From Erysipelotrichaceae bacterium MTC7 (GTDB lineage: Bacteria; Bacillota_I; Bacilli_A; Erysipelotrichales; Erysipelotrichaceae), in the NCBI GenBank assembly GCA_001695645.1, contig LVZN01000003.1:49992-81991 (forward strand): DNA of 32,000 bases. The letters are read 5' to 3'. Each line of letters starts with the position of its first letter. Within the stretch, counting starts at the first letter, position 1. Below, one piece after another: positions 1 through 7,507 of the stretch. A program made the translations under genes and the position numbers. The notes under the pieces are model-generated. The model was given only the letters and a program-made list of their open reading frames with translations. It made no database searches and had not been told where the DNA came from.

Positions 1-659
1 CTGGACTATATCCAGCAATGAATGCCTATGACAACGTGAAAATGAAATGTTTATTGTTGGGGATTCCCCACAGTGAGAAAAAAATCATTGAGTTGTTAGA
101 ACTTGTTGGTTTGGATAAGGTAGCAAAAAAGAAAGCAAAGAATTTTTCATTGGGGATGAAACAACGTCTTGGGGTTGCACTAACTTTAGTCAATGACCCT
201 GAACTAATTTTATTAGATGAGCCAATCAATGGGTTGGATCCACAAGGAATTGTGGAACTTCGTGATTTATTTTTGAAACTACAAGATCGTGGCATCACGA
301 TTATTGTTTCCAGTCACATCCTAGAAGAGCTGAGTAAAATTTGTAATCGTTTTGGTGTTATCGCTTCAGGAAAATTGATTCGCGAGGTTACTTCTGATGA
401 ACTTCACACGTTGAGTCATACAGCAATTGTAATTGAAGTGGATAAAGATGTAGAAGCGAAAAAAGTATTGATGGAACTCGGTGTTCAAGACTTCCGTCAA
501 GATGATAAAACATTCTTTGTCTTTGATGAAGATGCAAATCCTGGGAAAATCAATACCGCGCTTGTTCATGCCGGAATTGAGGTTTCAAGTTTACATACAC
601 AAGATGAAGATATCGAAAGTATGTTCATTAATATGATGGGAGGAGCAAATTATGTTTAA
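1..659 (+). CDS. ABC transporter ATP-binding protein (5' end lies upstream of the window)
   Basis: Reading frame is already open at nt 3 (GLYPAMNAYDNV...), so the ATG at 18 in the ORF track is internal. Contains ABC signature-like FSLGMKQR, Walker B LILLDEP and H-loop region VSSHILEE. No Walker A is in the window, consistent with a missing N-terminal half. Confidence 0.9.
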   Translation, partial: GLYPAMNAYDNVKMKCLLLGIPHSEKKIIELLELVGLDKVAKKKAKNFSLGMKQRLGVALTLVNDPELILLDEPINGLDPQGIVELRDLFLKLQDRGITIIVSSHILEELSKICNRFGVIASGKLIREVTSDELHTLSHTAIVIEVDKDVEAKKVLMELGVQDFRQDDKTFFVFDEDANPGKINTALVHAGIEVSSLHTQDEDIESMFINMMGGANYV

Positions 660-1395
660 TCTTATTAAGATGGATCTGTATCGTTTATTTAGACAAAAGA
701 GTTTCTACTTTGTGGGACTTACCATTACCTTTTTTGTAGGGATTACGGTATTCTCACTTGCTATGGCAATTGACTATGGAATGTACGATAATTTAAGTAG
801 CTCTGGCATATCAATTGCAACTGTGTTTGATATGACGCGGGGAGATTCGACGTTTCCAATGATCATGGCTATTGGTGCAATTATTTTTACCAATGCCGAT
901 TTCAGTAGTGGTTATATCAAAAACATTGCCAGCAATGTAAAAAACAAAATGGTAATTCCACTTTCAAAGTTTATTGTAAGTTCGCTTGCTTCTTTGATCT
1001 ATATTGTGTGGATGGTGATTATCATTACGGTGATGTCATTTATTATGTTTGACAATGTCAGTCTGGGTAATGCCTCAGATTTGATTTTGGGTATGTTATT
1101 ATACTTATTCTTTGTGATGAATATGCTTGCCTTGGTGATTGGGCTATGCATGTTGTTGCGTAATAGTGCAGGAAGCATTACGATTTTAGTATGTATCGTC
1201 TTGTTTGCAGGTTTGATTTATGCAGCTATTGATTACCTGGTATCGATTGATTTAACACCGTACTCAACAGTTGGAAACTTAACAAAGTTTACAGTCGACA
1301 GCAAAGAGTTGCCAACGATGATGCTCAGTGCGCTGGTTGGTCTTATTGGTTACAATGCAGTAGGCGCAATCGCTATGCAGAAAAAAGATATATAG
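652..1395 (+). CDS. ABC-2-type transporter permease (substrate unknown)
   Basis: 247-aa ORF whose ATG overlaps the ATPase stop by 8 nt. About six long hydrophobic segments (e.g. FYFVGLTITFFVGITVFSLAMAI, LIYIVWMVIIITVMSFIMF, LLYLFFVMNMLALVIGLCMLL). Adjacency to an ABC ATPase. Confidence 0.7.
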   Translation: MFNLIKMDLYRLFRQKSFYFVGLTITFFVGITVFSLAMAIDYGMYDNLSSSGISIATVFDMTRGDSTFPMIMAIGAIIFTNADFSSGYIKNIASNVKNKMVIPLSKFIVSSLASLIYIVWMVIIITVMSFIMFDNVSLGNASDLILGMLLYLFFVMNMLALVIGLCMLLRNSAGSITILVCIVLFAGLIYAAIDYLVSIDLTPYSTVGNLTKFTVDSKELPTMMLSALVGLIGYNAVGAIAMQKKDI

Positions 1396-1402
1396 TCAAA
1401 GT

Positions 1403-1439
1403 AAGATGTGTGTCTCTATGTAAAGATGCACATCTTTTT
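1403..1439 (+). terminator. Rho-independent terminator after the ABC pair
   Basis: AAGATGTG (1403-1410) is the exact reverse complement of CACATCTT (1429-1436), followed by a T run. Begins 8 nt after the permease stop. Confidence 0.6.
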
Positions 1440-1454
1440 ATATATATTTTTATA

Positions 1455-1468
1455 TGAAACCCTTTTCA
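1455..1468. promoter_or_regulatory. Candidate cre (CcpA) site upstream of the adhE promoter
   Basis: TGAAACCCTTTTCA resembles the cre consensus TGWAANCGNTNWCA with one mismatch at the central CG. Palindromic arms TGAAA/TTTCA. About 45 nt upstream of the -35 box. Confidence 0.3.
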
Positions 1469-1488
1469 TTGCTATATAGTATAAGTTT

Positions 1489-1506
1489 TTGTGAAATTCT
1501 TCACAT
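1489..1506. promoter_or_regulatory. Rex-type operator 1 (redox repressor box) abutting the adhE -35
   Basis: TTGTGAAATTCTTCACAT matches 13 of the 14 defined positions of the Firmicutes Rex consensus TTGTGAA-N4-TTCACAA. Confidence 0.6.
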
Positions 1507-1512
1507 TACCAC

Positions 1513-1541
1513 TTGCACCAATGAATACGATGTGGTAATAT
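1513..1541 (+). promoter_or_regulatory. adhE sigma-A-type promoter
   Basis: TTGCAC (1513-1518), 17-nt spacer, TGg-TAATAT extended -10 (1533-1541). Confidence 0.5.
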
Positions 1542-1556
1542 AGGCTCAACCAAAAT

Positions 1557-1574
1557 AAGTGAAACTTTTCACAA
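1557..1574. promoter_or_regulatory. Rex-type operator 2 in the adhE leader
   Basis: AAGTGAAACTTTTCACAA matches 12 of 14 defined positions of TTGTGAA-N4-TTCACAA. Lies between the -10 box and the SD AGGAGG (1583-1588). Confidence 0.45.
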
Positions 1575-1592
1575 CTAGGTGCAGGAGGAAAT

Positions 1593-4223
1593 ATGGCTAA
1601 AGTAGAAAAAGTAGAAAAAGTAGAAATTAGCCCAGCTCAAAAAGAGGTTAACACATTAGTTGACAAAGGGTTAAAAGCATTAGATGAATTTAGACTTCTT
1701 GATCAAGAACAAGTAGACTACATCGTTGCGAAAGCAAGTGTTGCAGCACTTGACCAACACGGGGTTTTAGCAGAAGCAGCTGTTAAAGAAACGGGTCGTG
1801 GTGTCTTTGAAGATAAAGCAACGAAAAACTTATTTGCTTGTGAACACGTAATTAACTACATGCGTGATTTAAAAACAGTAGGTGTAATTGCTAGAGACGA
1901 AGAAGCAGGGATTGTTGAAATCGCTGACCCAGTTGGAGTTGTTTGTGGTATCGTGCCAACGACAAACCCAACAAGTACAGCAATCTTTAAATCATTAATT
2001 TGTTTAAAGACAAGAAACCCAATTGTATTCTCATTCCACCCAAGTGCAAACCGTTGTTCACAACAAGCTGCAAAAGTTGTATATGATGCAGCAGTGGCAG
2101 CAGGAGCTCCAGAAAACTGTATCCAATGGATTGACACACCTTCAATGGAAGGAACTAACGCATTAATGAACCACGATGGAATTTCAACAATTCTAGCAAC
2201 TGGTGGTAACGCAATGGTTCGTGCAGCTTACTCATGTGGAAAACCAGCATTAGGAGTAGGTGCCGGAAACGTTCCAGCATACATTGCTAAAGATGCAAAC
2301 TTAAAACAAGCAACAGCTGATATCGTATTATCAAAAGCTTTCGATAACGGTATGATTTGTGCTTCTGAACAAGCAGCTATCGTTGATAAAGAAGTTTATG
2401 ACGAAGTGAAAAACGAATTCAAATCTTACCACGCTTACTTTGCTACAGCAAAAGAAAAAGCAATGCTTGAAGCATTCATGTTTGGCGTAAATTCTCCAGC
2501 AGAAGTTGACCAAGCAAGATTAAATCCAAACGTAGTTGGAAAATCTGCATTCTGGATTGCTGAACAAGCAGGATTCAAAGTGCCAGAAGATACAAACATC
2601 ATCTGTGCAGAATGTAAAGAAATCGGAGTAAAAGAACCACTTACTCGTGAAAAATTATCTCCAGTATTAGCGTTTGTTAAAGCAAACAGTACAGAAGACG
2701 GAATCACAAAAGCTGAACAAATGGTTAACTTTAACGGTTTGGGTCACTCAGCTGCAATTCACACAGCAAGCGAAGAATTATCAATTGAATTCGGTGAACG
2801 TGTAAAAGCTATCCGTGTTATCTGGAACTCTCCTTCTACATTCGGAGGAATTGGAAACGTATATAATGCATTCATTCCTTCATTAACACTTGGTTGTGGA
2901 TCATACGGACGTAACTCTGTAGGAAACAACGTAGGACCACTTAACTTAATTAACGTGAAAAAAGTAGGGAGACGTAAAAACAATATGCAATGGTTTAAAG
3001 TACCTTCAAAAATTTACTTTGAAAGAGATTCAATCGAATACCTAAGAGACATGGAAAATGTTAACCGTGTAATGATCGTTACAGATAAAGCAATGGTTGA
3101 CTTAGGATATGTAGATAAAGTAACAAAACAATTAATGGCTCGTGACAACAACGTAAAAGTACAATTATTCTGCGATGTTGAACCAGATCCAGATATTACA
3201 ACTGTAAACCGTGGTGTTGAAATTATGCGTTCATTCCAACCAGATGTAATCGTTGCATTAGGTGGAGGTTCACCAATGGATGCTGCGAAAGGTATGTGGT
3301 TGTTCTATGAAAGTCCTGAAACAAACTTCGATGACTTGAAACAAAAATTCATGGATATCCGTAAACGTGCATTCCAATACCCTAAATTAGGACAAAAAGC
3401 TCGTTTGGTTTGTGTACCAACAACAAGTGGTACAGGATCTGAGGTAACTCCATTTGCGGTTATTTCTGATAAAGCAAACAACAAAAAATACCCATTAGCT
3501 GACTACGCATTGACACCAAACGTGGCAATCATTGACCCAGCATTCACAATGGGATTACCTGCATCAGTTACTGCTGATACTGGTATGGACGTACTTACTC
3601 ATGCTCTTGAAGCATTGGTAGCTGTACTTGCAAGTGACTACACGAATGGTTTAGCTGTTCAAGCAATCCAAACGGTATTCAAATACTTACCAAGAGCAGT
3701 TAAAAATGGTAAAAACGATCCTGAAGCTAGAGAAAAAATGCACAATGCATCAGCAATGGCTGGTATGGCATTTGCCAACGCATTCCTTGGAATGTGTCAC
3801 TCAATGGCTCACAAAATTGGTGGAGTTCACCACGTTCCTCACGGACGTACAAACGCAATCTTACTTCCATACGTAATTCGTTACAATGGAACGAAACCTG
3901 CGAAATTGTCTTTGTGGCCAAAATACAACTTCTACAAAGCAGATGAACAATATGCAGATATCGCTCGTTTGATTGGTTTAGATGTTAAAGATACAGCTGA
4001 TGGTGTTGAAAAATTAGCACAAGCAGTTGAAGCATTAATGGCTGAAGTTGGTATTGCAAACAACTTTAAAGCACAAGGTGTTGACGAAAAAGAATGGATG
4101 GATAACGTTCATGAAGTCGCAATGCTTGCTTATGAAGACCAATGTACACCAGCAAACCCAAGACTTCCATTAGTTGAAGACATGGAAGAAATCATGATCA
4201 AAGCTTACAACGGAACAAAATAG
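1593..4223 (+). CDS. adhE: Bifunctional acetaldehyde-CoA/alcohol dehydrogenase
   Basis: 876-aa ORF with SD AGGAGG. N-terminal acetylating aldehyde dehydrogenase half (catalytic Cys context FDNGMICASEQ). C-terminal iron-type alcohol dehydrogenase half (GGGSPMDAAK, HSMAHKIGGVHHVPHG). Length and order typical of AdhE. Confidence 0.97.
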   Translation: MAKVEKVEKVEISPAQKEVNTLVDKGLKALDEFRLLDQEQVDYIVAKASVAALDQHGVLAEAAVKETGRGVFEDKATKNLFACEHVINYMRDLKTVGVIARDEEAGIVEIADPVGVVCGIVPTTNPTSTAIFKSLICLKTRNPIVFSFHPSANRCSQQAAKVVYDAAVAAGAPENCIQWIDTPSMEGTNALMNHDGISTILATGGNAMVRAAYSCGKPALGVGAGNVPAYIAKDANLKQATADIVLSKAFDNGMICASEQAAIVDKEVYDEVKNEFKSYHAYFATAKEKAMLEAFMFGVNSPAEVDQARLNPNVVGKSAFWIAEQAGFKVPEDTNIICAECKEIGVKEPLTREKLSPVLAFVKANSTEDGITKAEQMVNFNGLGHSAAIHTASEELSIEFGERVKAIRVIWNSPSTFGGIGNVYNAFIPSLTLGCGSYGRNSVGNNVGPLNLINVKKVGRRKNNMQWFKVPSKIYFERDSIEYLRDMENVNRVMIVTDKAMVDLGYVDKVTKQLMARDNNVKVQLFCDVEPDPDITTVNRGVEIMRSFQPDVIVALGGGSPMDAAKGMWLFYESPETNFDDLKQKFMDIRKRAFQYPKLGQKARLVCVPTTSGTGSEVTPFAVISDKANNKKYPLADYALTPNVAIIDPAFTMGLPASVTADTGMDVLTHALEALVAVLASDYTNGLAVQAIQTVFKYLPRAVKNGKNDPEAREKMHNASAMAGMAFANAFLGMCHSMAHKIGGVHHVPHGRTNAILLPYVIRYNGTKPAKLSLWPKYNFYKADEQYADIARLIGLDVKDTADGVEKLAQAVEALMAEVGIANNFKAQGVDEKEWMDNVHEVAMLAYEDQCTPANPRLPLVEDMEEIMIKAYNGTK

Positions 4224-4235
4224 TTATATTTCTTA

Positions 4236-4267
4236 GAGGTACATCCTATGGGTGTGCCTCTTTTTTT
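4236..4267 (+). terminator. Rho-independent terminator of adhE
   Basis: GAGGTACATCC (4236-4246) pairs with GGGTGTGCCTC (4250-4260): 11 bp including two G-U pairs, 3-nt loop. Followed by T7 (4261-4267). Confidence 0.75.
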
Positions 4268-4275
4268 ACAAATAT

Positions 4276-4304
4276 TTGATATGTGATTTGAAGTGTACTA
4301 TAAT
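4276..4304 (+). promoter_or_regulatory. Promoter of the adenosine deaminase gene
   Basis: TTGATA (4276-4281), 17-nt spacer, TATAAT (4299-4304). Confidence 0.55.
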
Positions 4305-4334
4305 AAGCCTCACAACAAAAGGAAGGGAAGTCGT

Positions 4335-5342
4335 ATGGATTTTAAAGAAATGATGAAAGCAGAACTCCATTGCCACCTTGATGGTTCTGTTTCGATTGAC
4401 TTGTTAAAAGAGCTTGCAAAGGAAAAAGATGCTGAATTTGCATTGAGTGATCAAGAAATTAAACAATTGGTAAGTGTGGATGATCAGTGCCCTGATTTAA
4501 AGACCTACTTAGAGAAGTTTGATTTTATTTTGGATCACCTACAAAGTGGTGATGCCTTAAAACGTGCTGCTGTAGATGTGCTTAAACAAGGAGTAGATGA
4601 AAATTTGTGTTATATGGAATTACGCTTTGCCCCAAGTTTCCATGGACGTGAAGGCTTGAGCATAAAAAAAGCAATCCAAGCTGTATTGCAAGGGATGAAA
4701 GATGCAAAGAAAGCCTATGGCATTGAAAGTACATTGATTGTTTGTTTGATGCGTCATGAAAGTAAAGAGATTCACCAAGAAGTGATCCAAGCCGTAAAAG
4801 AACTTCGTCGTCGTACAAACATTGCAATGGACTTAGCAGGTGATGAACAAGCGTATCCAACAGTTGGATTTGCAGATCAAATTCATACGATGTATCGATT
4901 GAAAATACCTTTCACTTTACACGCAGGAGAAACGGGGAATGAACAAAATGTAACTGACTCTATTGCGCTTGGTTCTAGACGCATTGGTCATGGGTTAGCA
5001 ATGGCTTCATTTACTGAAATTGAACGTTTTGCAAGTAGCCAGGCTGTAATGGTTGAAATGTGCCCAACCAGTAATTTACAAACCAAGGCAATTGCCTCTT
5101 TGAAAGAGTATCCTATCCAAGAATTCATGGATGAGGATATTGCCATTTCCATCAATACGGACAATCGGACGGTTTCTGATACCACGTTAAGTAAAGAGTT
5201 TGAAAAGTTAGATGCTGTCTTTTCATTGGATCAAGCGATGGTAAAAAAGATTACGATGGACACACTAAGAGCAGGCTTTATGGATGAAGAAACAAAAGCA
5301 AGTCTGCTAGAAAAAGTCGAACAAGCATATCAAGAAGTCTAA
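4335..5342 (+). CDS. add: Adenosine deaminase
   Basis: HCHLDGS metal-binding motif near the N-terminus, TLHAGETG and ISINTDNRTV motifs of the adenosine deaminase family. Start moved from the track's GTG 4293 (overlaps the TATAAT box) to ATG 4335, preceded by GGAAGGGAAG. Confidence 0.9.
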   Translation: MDFKEMMKAELHCHLDGSVSIDLLKELAKEKDAEFALSDQEIKQLVSVDDQCPDLKTYLEKFDFILDHLQSGDALKRAAVDVLKQGVDENLCYMELRFAPSFHGREGLSIKKAIQAVLQGMKDAKKAYGIESTLIVCLMRHESKEIHQEVIQAVKELRRRTNIAMDLAGDEQAYPTVGFADQIHTMYRLKIPFTLHAGETGNEQNVTDSIALGSRRIGHGLAMASFTEIERFASSQAVMVEMCPTSNLQTKAIASLKEYPIQEFMDEDIAISINTDNRTVSDTTLSKEFEKLDAVFSLDQAMVKKITMDTLRAGFMDEETKASLLEKVEQAYQEV

Positions 5343-5366
5343 CAGTTCCAAGTGGAACTGTTTTTT
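5341..5366 (+). terminator. Rho-independent terminator of add
   Basis: CAGTTCC (5343-5349), loop AAGT, GGAACTG (5354-5360), then T6 (5361-5366). Confidence 0.8.
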
Positions 5367-5418
5367 CCTATGGTTCGTTTACGCATCATGGTATAATAGA
5401 TACGATAATGGAGATTCT

Positions 5419-6429
5419 ATGAGAATATTACTATATTTTGAAAATGAAAAAATGATAAAAACCAGCGGAATTGGACGGGCGATGAAACACCAAATGGCTG
5501 CACTTGAAAGCCAGGGGATTGATTATACAACCGATCCCAATGATGAGGATTACGACATTTTACATGTAAATACTTACATGATTAACTCGTCTCGCTTAAT
5601 TGCAAAAGCAAAAAAAGCAGGAAAAAAAGTCGTGGTTCACGCACATAGTACAGAAGAAGATTTTCGTGATTCTTTTGTCTTAAGTAATCAAATTGCCCCC
5701 ATTTTTAAAAAGATTATTATGAACGTATATTCACAAGGAGATTATATTTTAACGCCAACACCGTATTCCAAACGTATTTTGGAAGGGTATGGATTAAAAC
5801 AACCAATTGAAGCTGTGAGTAACGGAATTGATATCCATCGCTTTAACTATAATGAAGAGAAAGTAAAAGCTTTCCGCAAATACTTCAGTTTAACAGATAC
5901 CCAAAAAGTGGTAATTGGGGTTGGACTGTATTTTGATCGTAAAGGGATTTTGGATTTTGTGGAAGCGGCGAAACGTTTGCCACAATACACGTTTATCTGG
6001 TTTGGCTATACCCCACTTTATACCGTGCCAAAACACATTCGTGAAGTAGTAAGTGAAAATGATATTCCAAACTTACTGTTCCCTGGATATGTGAAAGGGC
6101 CAATCATTGAAGGTGCGTATAGTGGAGCAGATGCCTTTTTCTTTCCAAGCAAAGAAGAAACGGAAGGGATTGTTGTACTTGAAGCATTAGCGAGTTACCA
6201 AAACGTCATTGTTCGCGACATTCCGGTTTTCGATCCATGGTTAGTTGATAAAGAAAACTGCTACAAAGGAAACAATGTAGAAGAGTTTTGCGAACTTCTG
6301 ATTGGAACCGTTGAACAAACCTTACCATCAACAAAACAGGCAGGACGACAAACGGCATTGACACGTAGCATTCCAGAAATTGGTAAACAACTGGCAAGCG
6401 TGTACGAAAAAGTGTTGAAGAATACATAG
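5419..6429 (+). CDS. Family 4 (GT-B) glycosyltransferase, glycolipid-synthase-like
   Basis: 336 aa. N-terminus MRILLYFE...SGIGRA and the E-x7-E motif (ETEGIVVLE within FFFPSKEETEGIVVLEALAS) typical of GT4. Preceded by TGGTATAAT extended -10 (5389-5397) and SD GGAG. Size and context resemble CpoA/BgsA-type diglycosyl-DAG synthases (inference). Confidence 0.8.
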   Translation: MRILLYFENEKMIKTSGIGRAMKHQMAALESQGIDYTTDPNDEDYDILHVNTYMINSSRLIAKAKKAGKKVVVHAHSTEEDFRDSFVLSNQIAPIFKKIIMNVYSQGDYILTPTPYSKRILEGYGLKQPIEAVSNGIDIHRFNYNEEKVKAFRKYFSLTDTQKVVIGVGLYFDRKGILDFVEAAKRLPQYTFIWFGYTPLYTVPKHIREVVSENDIPNLLFPGYVKGPIIEGAYSGADAFFFPSKEETEGIVVLEALASYQNVIVRDIPVFDPWLVDKENCYKGNNVEEFCELLIGTVEQTLPSTKQAGRQTALTRSIPEIGKQLASVYEKVLKNT

Positions 6430-6436
6430 GGAAGAT

Positions 6437-7507
6437 ATGAAAAAACAAAGTTATGTTATCAATTTTCTATTGATCTTTGGTTTGACCGCATTTGGGTTAT
6501 GGTTTGCCCTAAAAGATCATTATAAAGAAGTCCTTAATTTACTTTCTAATCTCAGCATCGTCGCGATTGCTTTGATTTTTCTTTATGGACTTTCGTATAA
6601 TTTTATCATCGGTTGGATCTACAAAGTGATTGGAAAAACATATAAAAAAGACTATCGCTATCGTGAAGGGTTGTCCGTTGCATTTGTTGGTGCTTTTTTT
6701 AGCGGGATTACACCGAGTGCTTCAGGTGGACAATTTGCGCAAGCTTATGTCTTAAAGAATCAAGATTTGAAGATGAGCAGTGCGCTTAGTTTGCTTTGGA
6801 TAGATTTTATTATTTATCAGAGTGTCATGGTGGCATATACAACCGTATTGATGGTGTTACGTTTTAGCTACTACTATACCGAACAGTCTTCATTTTTTAT
6901 TTTGGTTTTAATTGGATACGTCATCAATAGTGCGGTTATCGTATTCTTGTATACGATGGCTAAGTTTCCCAAAGCTTATGAACATTTAAGTGGGTTTGTG
7001 GTTCGAATCTTAGCACGATTTCACATCATCAAAAACCCAGATCAAACCATTGAGAAATGGAATATCTCGCTTGGCCAATTCACAAAGGAAATTCAAGAAA
7101 TTAAACATCGTAAAAAAATGGTAATAAAATGCATCGGATTGAATGTTTTGCGTTTAACCTTACTTTATACCTTACCTTTACTGATTGCGTATGTAATGAA
7201 AATTGATGTTTCGTTTTCAATGGTATTTGATGTCATCACGATGAGTGCTTTTGTTATGATTGCCAATGCATTTTTACCAGTTCCCGGAGCCAGTGGTGGA
7301 ACCGAGGCTGCGTTCATTTTAATATTTTCAACAATGTTTACAACCATTCAAGCCAATAGCATCATGATCTTGTGGCGGTTTGCGACGTATCATTTAATCA
7401 TGTTGGTTGGTGGTGTAACGTTTATATTCCTAAAACGGAAATACGATAAACTTAAAAACAGTGTAATTACGAAGGAGGATTATCATGAAAATAGCAATCT
7501 TTACTGA
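6437..7507 (+). CDS. LPG-synthase-TM / flippase-like (TIGR00374-type) integral membrane protein
   Basis: 356 aa and polytopic. Two copies of the P-x-ASGG motif (ITPSASGGQFAQ and LPVPGASGGTEAAF) that I associate with the lysylphosphatidylglycerol-synthase transmembrane domain family. Sits between two GT4 genes and overlaps the next gene by 23 nt. Confidence 0.7.
   Translation: MKKQSYVINFLLIFGLTAFGLWFALKDHYKEVLNLLSNLSIVAIALIFLYGLSYNFIIGWIYKVIGKTYKKDYRYREGLSVAFVGAFFSGITPSASGGQFAQAYVLKNQDLKMSSALSLLWIDFIIYQSVMVAYTTVLMVLRFSYYYTEQSSFFILVLIGYVINSAVIVFLYTMAKFPKAYEHLSGFVVRILARFHIIKNPDQTIEKWNISLGQFTKEIQEIKHRKKMVIKCIGLNVLRLTLLYTLPLLIAYVMKIDVSFSMVFDVITMSAFVMIANAFLPVPGASGGTEAAFILIFSTMFTTIQANSIMILWRFATYHLIMLVGGVTFIFLKRKYDKLKNSVITKEDYHENSNLY

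Noticed and set aside
4293-4334. Track start (GTG 4293) for the adenosine deaminase ORF.
   Set aside because: The extra 14 codons overlap the TTGATA-17-TATAAT promoter. ATG 4335 has a good SD, and the family's HCHLDGS motif sits at the usual distance from it.
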